Source: Camelus ferus (taxonomy: Eukaryota). From it: a stretch of 64,000 nt of DNA. The notes below the pieces were generated by a model. That model was not told the origin of the DNA. It ran no database searches and worked only from the letters and a program-made list of their open reading frames with translations. Both the position numbers and the translations under genes were made by a program. Below are positions 12,760 through 24,500 of this stretch, piece after piece (positions within the stretch are counted from its first letter, which is position 1; each line of letters opens with the position of its first letter). The stretch spans positions 85,376,001 to 85,440,000 of the forward strand of contig NC_045697.1 in assembly GCF_009834535.1 (NCBI RefSeq). The letters run 5' to 3'.

Positions 12760-13880
12760 CCCCAACGTGCTCTCCAAACTGACCGCCATGGCCTTCTGCT
12801 CCATCAGTCTCTTCTGTGGTTCCTTCTCACCCCACCAACCTCTAACGCACAGGGTGAACCAGGACACTCTTTCCTACCCACGCTCATCCCCTGTGTGATC
12901 TCATCCAGGGCCATGGCTTTAGCCTCTTATGTGTTAATGACTCCCAAATATATTTTATTTTATTTTTTTTTTTGAAGTATAGTCAGTTTGCGATGTGGTG
13001 TTAATTTCTGGTGCACAGCATAGTGAGATATATTCCTTTTCATATTCTTTTTCATTATAGGCTATTACAAGGTATTAAATATAGTTCCCTGTACGCTACA
13101 GTAGGGCCTTATTATCTACTTTATGCATAGTAGTTAGTATCTGCAAATCCTGAACTCTCAAATTTAAATTGTTAGCCTGTTCCACTTTCTCTGTTACCAC
13201 CAGATCCAGGCCAGCATTTTTTCTTGCCTGAGCCTTTCAATAGCCTTCTGACTGGTCTTGTTTCCACTTTGACCCCCTTAGTTTATTGACCTCCTTCTAG
13301 GAGGAGATATCCTTGTGTACCTAAGACTGAACACACTTGCTGCAAGCCCTCCAAGAGCTTATTTCCTTCAGAGCAAAAACCACAGAACTCACAACAGTTT
13401 GGTTCCCCAACCAAATCTCCAAACCCACCTCTTCCTACTCTCTCCCCCCTTTACTAAGCTCCTTGCTGTCTTTGGAACATTCACGACAGGCCCTTGCCTC
13501 AGGGCATCTGCACTTCTTATTCCTCCGCCTGATATACTGTTCCTCCACCTGAGATGCTCATCCTCCAGCTATTGACCTTACTTGCTCAGTCACTGCATCC
13601 GCTGTCTACTCCAGCACCATCTTGCCGTGGGCCTACGCTGACCCCTTAGGTAAGATATCCGCTTCCTACCCACGAAGCTCTTTCACGTGTCTTCATTTTT
13701 CTTCAAAGCACTCATCATCATCTGATGTATTATGTATGCCTTTGTTCATTTTATTTTTAAATCTTTCCCACCTTCCCCAACTAGCATGAAACTACAAGAG
13801 GGCAGGGCATTAGGTTCATGGGTGAAGGCTTTGAAGCTAAAATAATTCTGAATAAATATTTGTTGAATTAATTAATGAAT
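12760..13880 (+). mobile_element. LINE-2 3' fragment interrupted by an L1 tail
   Basis: gtgatctcatccagggccatggcttt...atgactcccaaat and terminal taaatatttgttgaattaattaatgaatg are typical of L2. Confidence 0.7.
12951..13155 (-). mobile_element. 5'-truncated L1 3' end inserted in the L2
   Basis: Poly-T, then gaagtatagtcagttt...atagttccctgt...gtatctgcaaatc, the reverse complement of the L1 3' ends at ~31400-31620 and ~53990-54165. Flanked by actcccaaatata / actctcaaattta. Confidence 0.8.
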
Positions 13881-14115
13881 GGGCTTAGCTGTTCACTTTG
13901 GGAGAGAAGTCCTTAATTGTTTACAGAGTCTAAAGCTTCCTTAGTGCAGGGACCTCTGCCAACCTCATTGTTGGGTCATCATCCTTTTTTGCTTTTTGTG
14001 CTCCAAAGACGTAGAGTTTCTCTAGTTTCCCAGACTCCACTCCATCTTAGAGCCTTTGGGATGTTGTTTTCTCTACCTGAAATACACCCTTTAGCCTTTA
14101 ATAATACTTGCAAAT

Positions 14116-14148
<33 letters not shown>

Positions 14149-15984
14149 AACAAATAAAACTATATTGATGTCCATATCTTTACTAACACTTAAATGTCGG
14201 TTCTTCAGAGATGCCTTTTCTTACTCATTCTTGGTCAGGGTCTCTCACACACTCTGAGTGTCCTATACTTTTTACTTTTTGGCACCTACTGCAATTTGTG
14301 ACTATATATTTATATCATCATTTGATTAATGTCATTTTCCCCACAAGGGCCCAATTAGGGTTCATTTTCCATGTCAATTTATCTCCAGCACTGAGCACAG
14401 ATTTCTGCACGTAGAAGGTCCTTGATGAACATTTTTAGTGAGTGAATTACTAACTAGGTAAATAGAACTCAAGAATCATAGCACCCACCTTATTCTAGCT
14501 TGAGGATACCTACACTTAGAGTTTGTTTCTATCTGAAGATATAGAATTTGAATGGAAATATGTGTGCTTTTTCCTCCCTTCACTATTCAAATATGAGTTA
14601 GGAGCTGGAGAGTGCAGATAAGGCTGTGGAAGGGCAAATAAAGTGAAGACACTATAAAAGCAAAAACAACTTGTTCATGATATAATAAAGTTAAACAATC
14701 ATCCAGACAAAATAACTAGATAATTGAATTGTTTACTGTAGGGAAATTTTATACCTTAAGCAGCCCTAAGGTTAAGTGTCAGATGGTTTAACTTTAAATT
14801 CAGACAACTTTTTGGAGAGCAGGACTTTGCTCCTTTGGCTAAGTGGCATAGGCAATATTACCCACTATAAACATAACTGAACCTATCTGCCTTAGAAAGA
14901 ATTAGGTAAGACAAAATAATTCACTTATCATCATGGAATTTTAAAACTATTCAAAACTTTTTGGTTTTGTTTGTTTTTGGTTTTTATGTGGATGACAGAA
15001 CTAACCAACACTGAAGCAGAAATCAATGTGCACATTCATGCATTATCTTCTGTTATCATTTCAATCAAGAAAGTAGTTTATTTCCCAAGTAAGTAACTTA
15101 GTATCTTGGTAACTTTAATACACACCATAAGCAACCAATAACAAGACAACAATGCTTACATTCCACAAGCTAATCATTATACCTATAAAACATCAGGGAG
15201 TCCCTCTCAGTCAACATTTTCACATGGAAGCACTTATGATTAGGGACCAAAGATAATCTGAATAAACTTTAACAATTTGACAAACATTTACTGTCTACCG
15301 TGCACAGTGCACTCCTGGAAAGGGGCTGCAATCAGAGATGACAGGGCACGATCTGGAAGCTCCAGATATTTACTGGCTAGTGAGGGAGACAGAAAGAAAT
15401 GTGACAAATATGCTCCGAGTCACAAAGCCAGAGCTGAGGGATAAACACTCGATGAACCATTTAGACTTTGGAATTTGTGTATAAACATAATAATAATTAA
15501 TGAATATGTTGTCTTTTGCTATTCTCTGCTGCCAAACTTTATCTGGAATTTCATCTTTGGTTGTAATATCAACAATGTCTGTGTGTCTCCCACGGCATAT
15601 TTTACCCCTAGAAATGACTGGCAGCAACTCTTTATTTAGCTAGTGTAAGCTAACGTTGCATCCAAATATAGATATCAAAGTCCCTAACAATTATTTGGGG
15701 GGAAAAAAGACCATACAGATGAACAAATGGGAGAAATTAAAATGGAGGGAGGAAAGGAGCATGTGTTGTTTTGCAATGTCTTGTAATAAAAACATACTGC
15801 TTTAAAAAAATGTCATGTAAGTTAAGGCAACTCTTAGGATCAAAACTTACTTAATTTTTAAGAGACTGGGAGATCAAGAATAAACTATTTATTTGATTAA
15901 GTGATAGGATTACACAATTTGGAATGCTACATTTAAAGAACACTGCACAACAGTGCACAAGTACCTTGAGGAAATCAAAGTAAT

Positions 15985-16097
15985 TGTTTTATTTTGTTTT
16001 GTTTTGTAGGGGAGAAGATGTAATTAGGTATGGGGGATTGAACCCAGGACCTTATGCATGTTAGGCATGCACTCTGCCACTGAGCTATACCCACCCC
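15985..16097 (-). mobile_element. tRNA-derived SINE (vic-1-like)
   Basis: Minus strand gggtatagctcagtggcagagtg...ggtcctgggttcaatcccc (A/B boxes), A-rich tail, flanking aaagtaa(t/c)t. Confidence 0.8.
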
Positions 16098-17325
16098 ATA
16101 AAGTAACTTTTAAAGACAAAAATGTTTCAATTCACTCAAAAACTTCAAGACAAAATAATATGTAAAGCAAAATGTGTTTGGCATGAATTCAGCTGATATT
16201 TAAGGCTAATCTGAATTATTAGGACTGCCTCCTCTGTCCTTCCGTGTTTTCACAGACTGAGTCTTGATAAATACCAGCACCTCAAGTTCCTTCAGTGTAA
16301 TCATCCTTGTGTTTTGTGCCTTCACTCTTACGACTGTCATTGAGGGATTTATTAGTATTTTATATATTACTGACAAGTCAGTTCCTAATCTATTACACTC
16401 ACTTGGACAAATAATTTCATTCAGGTGGGGCTGAAATGATATTCAAACTACTACATGACTGGTCACATCAGTCATAATATGAAAACTGATTATTTACTAT
16501 CATTCAGACTGAGCAGATGGTAAAAGGATTGTGCCACTCAGTGGAAGGGGAGTACCATTTTCCGTTATTACTGTCAATCAAAACTGAAGTGACGAGAAAG
16601 ATGCCCTAGTGATTTTATATACCTCAACCTTTGGAAAATGGATTATTGATGATGTGACATAGTTTTTCCTTTGGAATGCCATGGTGTCCTGGGTTAAAAG
16701 GAGATACCATTTTTGAAATATGATAGAGAGGGGTTTGGGCGCTGCAACTTAAGTAACTTTAAATATAATTAGCTTATGTGATACACATATATACACATTT
16801 ATTTACTTGTGTGATACATATGTCATTTTAAAAGGTCAAAATATTTAGAAGCATTATGTCAGCTCAATGTCTTGATGTTGGGATGAAGGTAAATGAGCAG
16901 TCAGTTTTTATCACTGTTTGGTTTGATTCTTTCAGAATCTGATTATTTTGGTCAAAGAAATATTATCCTTACAAGACAATGCAAATACTTGAAGAATCAT
17001 ATGTATTCAATTAATTTCATTAATGTTCCAGAGTCGTCCTGAGAAATTTCCTATTGTCCTAAAGAAAATAAAATAATCATTCCAAAATGTAAGCCATGCA
17101 AAGATTGCTCTGTCCACCCCAAAAGGAGATCACAATTGGCAGGAATCAAAGAGCCTCTATTTAATGACCAAAGTCACACTGCCATTTTTTTTCTTACTTA
17201 GAGAAAAATAGGCAATGCTATTCAGAGGTTGATTGCAAATTATCTAAGCTAAGTCTAAAAGGTTACTTTCATTTTTAGAGACATCCTTTATGAGCTTATG
17301 GAAGAAAGTGTTGCAGGGAGAGTAC

Positions 17326-17513
17326 CTTTTAGGTGTGTCTCTAAAGAGATAACTGCTAATCTCAGCTCCATCTGGAATTACTGATGAATCATGAAAAAAT
17401 GCCTTGTCCCGGATTTGCATCTGAAAAAGTTCCTCATCTCGAGTGGGTAACTTCTGGGTCCTTGAGCCGAGTGGTAACAGCAGCCACAGCAGACACCAGT
17501 GGAGAGGCACCAT
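17326..17513 (-). CDS. NDNF: NDNF coding exon 2 (exon starts at 17514, 1 nt before ATG): signal peptide and N-terminus, codons 1-63 (partial)
   Basis: Translates MVPLHWCLLWLLLPLGSRTQKLPTRDEELFQMQIRDKAFFHDSSVIPDGAEISSYLFRDTPK(R), which I recognise as the NDNF N-terminus. Acceptor ttcttttgttgccccag|G ATG; donor AAAAG|gtactc. Confidence 0.96.
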
Positions 17514-17666
17514 CCTGGGGCAACAAAAGAATTGCCTACATTAATTTTACAGGCAAAACACTTGGGCAAGTTGCAAACTTCCTTAAAGATTAACACTATT
17601 TTGGTTTCAGAAAAGCTGTATTACATATTTTAGATACAACACCCTCATGATCTGGAGGGTAAACTT

Positions 17667-17668
<2 letters not shown>

Positions 17669-17718
<50 letters not shown>
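17669..17718. repeat. (TG)25 microsatellite
   Basis: Directly visible. Confidence 0.97.
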
Positions 17719-17722
<4 letters not shown>

Positions 17723-20209
17723 AAGTATTTCATCAAGTTGATAATGAATTCACCAGAGTTTCAGACATTAAAAATATTCTGAAACGAAAGGACTCTTGGT
17801 GCATTAACTTCCCTGGGTATTCGGAGGGAAAATCCCCACTTCATTATGGCAGAAACTGGTATGGTCATTGTAGATATCTATAGACAAATGTGTCAAAGCC
17901 TGGCCCATCACCTAAGTCACAGAGACCCACTGAAGGCCAGAATATGACCACTGAACAGTTATTTTTATTCTTCCTTTAAATTTGACCAAAGATCGTATAT
18001 GTATAGAATCATCCTTATTCCCCAAATCAGATTTTCATAAATCAGAGATTTTAAGAGACTGTAAAGTTTAACTTTCTCATAGGATTTGTCCAAAATCATA
18101 AGGTGAGTTATTTGCCAGTGTTACAGATTAACCAGACTCTTCAACACAACATTTTATGTAAATCTTTCCTATATTAAAAAGCGGGCTTGGACCCCCACTT
18201 CAAATCAAAGAAGACCATTGGGAAGTTCTGGCATTAGGTCATTTGTCTAACCTCCAGGAGTTCTATATTCACCAGTCCAGCAGAGTGTCTTCCTTGAGTT
18301 ACATTTTGGCATTTGTAACTGACTTTCATCAAAAACTCTGTAAGTCACGATGGACCAGTCTATCATTCTCTACGGCACACTGTGTAGTGATGTTGTCGCC
18401 AACGCCATCTCCCACCTGCCTCCCTACCCCAAGGGGAAGCCTCAGGTAGGCGAGTTCTTTTCACATCAAATACTAGTGAAAGACTTTGCTTCCTTGGAGA
18501 AACTGGTACTTGTTTTCCTCACAGAAGCACCTGTGGAAGGCATTGTTTTCCTTTATCTCTTTGACAACATACATCAGAGAATTCAAGCATTAGGAGGAAA
18601 TACAGTGTTCTTACACTGAAGTACTTTAAATAGTCAAGTGCAAATATTTGCAATCGTTTGAAATGAAGTGAATGCCAGTTTTATTTCTAAATAGTCATTG
18701 CTATAGCTATGAGGTCACCTCCACTTAAACCATTACTGGACTTTAATTTTATCTTTGAGTACTACCCAAGATAGATTCATACAAATGAAAATATTTCTTG
18801 AGGGGAATAAGCTTTTCTTTTGTATGAGGATTTGAGACATAATTTTTCACAGTGAGCTTGTTTAGAAAGTTTGTTTAATTTACTTTCTCAAAACAATTTT
18901 CTTTTCCTGCCATGCATTCTGCAGTTTTTCATGAAAAATATCTGCAGTAATTAAGAGTTACTATGTGCAAAACACAGTGCTAAGTTTGCTAACTGCATTA
19001 TTGCATTTAGTCTTCACAAAAACCTTGTAAAGTAGGTACTATTCTTATACGAGAATGAACCTCCTTTAACATAAGCAGAGAAAAGATATAAACCCAGGTG
19101 AATCTGACCGTGGAGCCCACAAATTTATCCTCTAAAATATCTTTCAAAAAAGCCATAATGTTTCTTACAAGAGTCTCTTATTTCCCATCCTTATTTCCCA
19201 GTTGTACTGCAATTCAATAAAAACTTGTTTGAAAGCTAAGAAGTTTGACTTTTTGGTTTCAGGGTCCAACTAGAAGTGTCATCTTAGCAGCTGATGCTGC
19301 ACCTCAATTTTTAGAAAGGCTTGAATGGTTGATCTCTAAACTCTGAAATCCAGTGATGATTCTGAGACTGAATGCTGAACTCCTTTTCCCAAATACCTAG
19401 CAGTTTAGGAATAAGACCAGGCCTCTTTAAGTTTCATTAAATGCTCTGTCCCTCAGATATCCAGACGATTGTCAAGGTGAAATCCGAGGGAAGTTGGGGA
19501 TGTAAATGAGAGTTTCCAACAGCCGAAAAAGGTTATATCTACAAAAGATGGCTGGATGTCTCAAAATCCAATGAACCTTTCTGAAACAAAGAGAGAGATG
19601 GTGGAGCAGACTAAATGGGACCTCCACTCACGACCCTTAATCCCTCGCCTCTGATGCCCTTCGTCCTGTAGATAACAGAAATAGAAACTCTGAACAGAAT
19701 TTGATATGCTGTTCCTGTTAAAGAAATAGTCATTATTTCAGCATTATAAAACGTTCCATGTATTGTGTAGTAGCATCTCTGAAGCTGCCTTCTGAGAGCA
19801 GAGGAGGCCAGACAGTAAAATATGTCTCTTAAGAAATGGTTAGAATTTGGCTTTCCACATTTATTAGGAACTCAGAGCAAACATGCCACGGCCGCACTTG
19901 AGTGAGATACTGGGCGTAGTTGCCCTAGAATCACTCCAGGGCAGTCTTCCCTCATTAGGGCCCCTGTTTGCCCTGAAAGCTGTCGATTGCACAGTACCAC
20001 TGTGCAACTGAGCAGGACAAGCTGCCCGATGCCCCAGGATGTCTGGGATATTTAGGTCAGCCCCAGAGCTAGAGAGCTCACTAGTTATGACTGGTGGGAA
20101 TTTTCCCAACATCCTCAGCTGCCTGTGGGAGGAACTTTCTCTTTATTAAATCAGCTCATTATAAGAGATGAATTTGGAGTTAACAACAACAATATTAATA
20201 AATTTTTTT

Positions 20210-20500
20210 TTTGTCTACGGGCTGCATGCCAGGCACCCTTCTAAGTGCTTCATATATGTTATCTCATGTAATGCTAGCAACAACCCTATGATGTGGGCAC
20301 TGTTATTTTTTGTTTTTTATCGAAGTATAGTCAATTACAATGTGTCAATTTCTGGTGTACAGCATAATGTCCCAGTCATGCATATATGTATATATATATG
20401 CATATATTCATTTTCATATTCTTTTTCATTAAAGCAACACTGTTATTTATGTCGTCTCAAAAATGATCAAACTGAGGCTTGCACAGGTAATATCACATAG
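20210..20500 (-). mobile_element. MIR interrupted by a short L1 3' tail (20309-20437, minus)
   Basis: MIR motifs tgccaggcac...aacaaccctatga and aaactgaggct. The insert is flanked by an 11-bp TSD cactgttattt (20298-20308, 20438-20448). Confidence 0.8.
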
Positions 20501-21384
20501 CGAATGTAATATGATGTGAGAAACATCAACTGTCAGGAGTGACTTTAAAAATATCGTACATACAATTATTATATATTCCCCCATGTCAGCTACTTAGCAA
20601 TGTAATATTTAGTAAAGCCAACAACCTCAGGTGATAAGATTATGCAGAATAAGTGTGAAAAGACAATTTTCCATGGGTCTCTGCTTGCTTTCGCATATTT
20701 GGGTGGCAGAAGAACTGATTCCCTTTGTTCCAAATTATCTTTTCAAGGATGTTGGTGTAGTGAGCAGCCTTGAAAGATACAGCTTCTGGAGCAAAGAGCA
20801 GGCGTGATTATTACTCATTACAAAATCTGGGTTCCCCAAGCGCAGGGCTGCTGTCTTGTACTAAACCCCACTATAAAGGTTGGTGCCATCGGGCCCTCTT
20901 TGCATCATCCTGTGAGAACTGGGGGTCAGGCAGCCGGTGGGAGAAAATGCTGCTGCTGTGGATCTGTGGCCTCTGCTATTGCTCTGAGTCATACAGTCCT
21001 CTGTTGCTGACCTAGGAGTCTCCGGCCATCCAGCACCGTGAAACTGTGGCAGGCTAAATTGCTAACTTGCTCACTTGCAGGGAGCGGAGAATCTCCAGCT
21101 CTTCACAGTCCGTGACACTAAGCTTTTACTTCTTAAGTCATTTTCCTGGCTTATCTACTTTACTGGCACAGGTTGACACATTTGTTTAGGTTATCACCAG
21201 GAGGGGGCAGACTCAATTTTATCTTTTCTTTCTTTATTAAAAAAAAAAAAAATCATATTTCCACAACCAAAATTCCATCAGTCATACTTTCTGTTTCTGA
21301 AAATTTTTAACCATTTGAAATGCCACATCAGTTACGAGCAAAACAGATACTTTTCACAGAAGTGTTTAAAATTAGTATGATCCC

Positions 21385-21551
21385 TTTTTTCTTTTCTTCT
21401 TTTCTGTTTCTTGCTTCTGTATGAGAAGGTGGATGTTAACTGAACCTACTGTGGTAATCATTTCACACTATATGTAAATTAAACCATAATGCTGTATACC
21501 TTACACTTATACAGAGACATAGGTCAATTATTTTTCAATAAAACTGGAAAA
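21385..21551 (+). mobile_element. Short old L1M-type 3' end with TSD
   Basis: ggatgttaactgaacctactgtggtaatcatttcacac...caataaaactggaaaaaaa. Flanks aaattagtatgatccc / aaactaatatgatccc (14/16 identical). Confidence 0.7.
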
Positions 21552-24500
21552 AAACTAATATGATCCCCAGACACAGGACTTTGTATTCTGTAGGATTATA
21601 GTCCTCAAAATGTTATCTAATAACATTCATCTATCACTGGGGAAAAATATGCTCAGTTGTTAAGGAAAGTTAATAATTTGTTCAATCTGATCAGGTTACA
21701 GGCAGAATTGTTTTTAACAAAATGTATTTAAAAGAAGCACTGAATATAGCTAATCAAAAAACTATTATGCAGATACATTGTGCATAATTTTACTATTTCT
21801 AGTCACTGATTCAAATTTACAGCTTTACTTAGATATTATTTAAAGGATGAACTTCAATAGATTTTTTTCCCTACCAAAAAATGTTCTCTTTCAGACATTC
21901 AACTTATGAATTACTCACTTTAAATAAACAACTGGAAATATATTCTTCTTAAGAATAATCCTTAGGTAAGCCAGTCTGTAAGAACAGATTTTTCTTCTAA
22001 GATTACAAAAGTGCCCTCTAATGGCTTAACTTTTCCTCTCATTTCTTTCTGTTACTTCTAGGTATTTAGAGCTTATCTAGATTTAAAGTTTAAATTAAAT
22101 AACATTTCTCAGAATTTTTCTTTCAGCATTATTACTTCTGTTGTGGGCGCCTCGTGGATAATCTAGGAAATGAGCCTGCACAGAAAGAAATCTTGCTATC
22201 TTTCTACAGTTGAGGGTCTAGTTCCAACAGGACTAGCAAGTTGCTAGGATGATTCCAAATATTTTTATTTTGCTAGGCAGATCAATCAACTTAGTTGCAT
22301 AATGATTCACAGCCCAGAAAAACTAGGCAATCTTATCCTATTACTGAGGAAATTGACTTCGACTGTTTCAATGGAAAAGTTCCCATGAACCGTATACATA
22401 GAAGCTAATCTAAAACTCTGAGATTGTTCATATTGTCAGGGGCCTTCTTCCTATTGGCATTTTCCATATCCTATGAAGACTGAAACGAGAAAAGGAAAAT
22501 GACCTACTGATTTGATATGCCTCATTCTTTAATCTAGATTATTAGTCATCTCGATTATTGGAGATGTGCCATAGTTTTTTTCCTTTGGAATGCCAACCTG
22601 TCCTAGATTAAAAAGAGAAACTGTCTTTGCAATATAATTGCCCAAAGAGATTAGTGATAGATTCTATACTTAGAAAGGTAGAAAGAGGTTTGGGCACTGA
22701 AAAGTCAATGACTTTAAATATTATTAGTTTATATGATACATACACACAGATTTAAGGTCAAACTATTTAGAAACATTATATGACTCCAATTAATTGGTGT
22801 TAGAGTAAAGGTAAATGAGCAGTGGTTTTAAGAGAAGAACCTTTTACATAAACAATTTTATTTTTCTATTTGCTGCCCCCTCTCTGACGAGTGGGTGAAC
22901 ATTATTGCTCTAGGTTTTGAATCTTTCAGGCCTGTGATGACGGGGGCTGCTTCTCCCCCTGGCCTCCTTCACCTTCCCTGCTGGGCTATCTGCTGCCCTA
23001 CCCAACACAGGGAAAGTGGAGGCGTGTGGATGGCAGGGGATGAACTGGGGGCCAGTTTTAAAGAAAATGCCGCCAAAGAGATAAGAAGCCTTTGTATTGT
23101 AGCACAAGGGGGAGGGAGTAGAGCAAGTGATGGATAACTGAAAATATACAAGTAATTCTAAGACTTTATTTTCAGCATAAACTTGAACTTCTTACTCTCT
23201 GGGTCCTTTATTTAGTATAATCAAAATAAATAGTGAAACTGACCTGGCATATCCTTTTCCCACAAACCCATGGAAATGCTTAAGAATTGTAAAATAGTCA
23301 AATGGTAAGCACGGAAAAAAATTAAAAGGAGCTTGAGTAATTTACCAGTGTATCAACTAAATACCCACGATGACCTCCATCACCCAAATACGCAATAGGC
23401 CTAAAAGCAGATAAAACTTTCCCCAGAGAGTCAGCAGTAGCTCCACTGCTGTCATTTTTGCAAAATTTATCTTCAGTTACATAGTCAACTTACCATCTGG
23501 GTTTATCCACTGTTTGTTCACTTAGTGAAAACAAAAATTTATAATTTGAAATTATGTCATCAGTGATAATAAGCCAATAAATATGGTGACTTTTCCTACT
23601 TCTTTGAAATATGTGTTAATGAATTTAACCACAAATCTGAATTGAGAAACTTGCCTCATAAGAGTAGGGAAATATTTCAAACCACGAAAAAGCTTGCCTT
23701 TAATATTTAGAGCCTGCTGTTCAGTTATATCATCTCGCTCATCTAAGAAATTTGCAACGCTGCTAAATAAAAAGTTCCTTCAGGGTTCACGAAACTGTCC
23801 AAGGCTCTCTCAATAGAAGATGTCATATAATATAAAGCATGTGACCTTTCTCAGTGCTGTAGATTCCTCAAAACAGCAGCCAGCTGCTCTTCCTACCTGT
23901 GAGTAATCCGATCAAAGCAAATTCCTCCATCCTTTAACCATCAACCACCAAGGTCCTGCACTTCCCTTGCAAACATGCGAGCACGTTTGTAAAAAATGTC
24001 ATTAAGCTCTTATAGACATTACATGGTATAAAAAACATAATAAGATCAAATTCATCCATATAAATGCAATTAGAAAGCAAACTCATAGTGTCATTAAGAT
24101 TCATGTAAAAACTATCCAAGGGGCCCAATCTTGAGGAGGCCATAAACATGAAATAAATTTACAATGACCAAAAAAAAAACCCAAAACAAAACAAAACACA
24201 ATTGGCCTTCTGAATTTACTTGTGGCAAATGCATCTGGAATAAATAAAATCTAACGTTTAATTACAGAGGGTGGAAAGTGCCTGATTATAATTTAGTGAG
24301 GGTAATTTCAAGGAATGGCCTGCCGCAGAGATTTCTGTTATTTTCTCTTCCTTTTAAAGTGCAAATATTTAGTCTTTTAACTTCTATTTTTAAACACAAG
24401 GGTATTTGTTTTGGTTTGAATCATCCATGCCACATCTGATAATAAATCTGAAGCATCTGATCTAGTGGTAAGGAAAAAAAAAATGTAGCCTTGGTGGGGG

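Noticed and set aside
16641..16910. Duplicated segment as an intronic snoRNA pair
   Set aside because: I could not see C/D or H/ACA boxes shared by both copies on the sense strand; it is kept only as an unexplained duplication.
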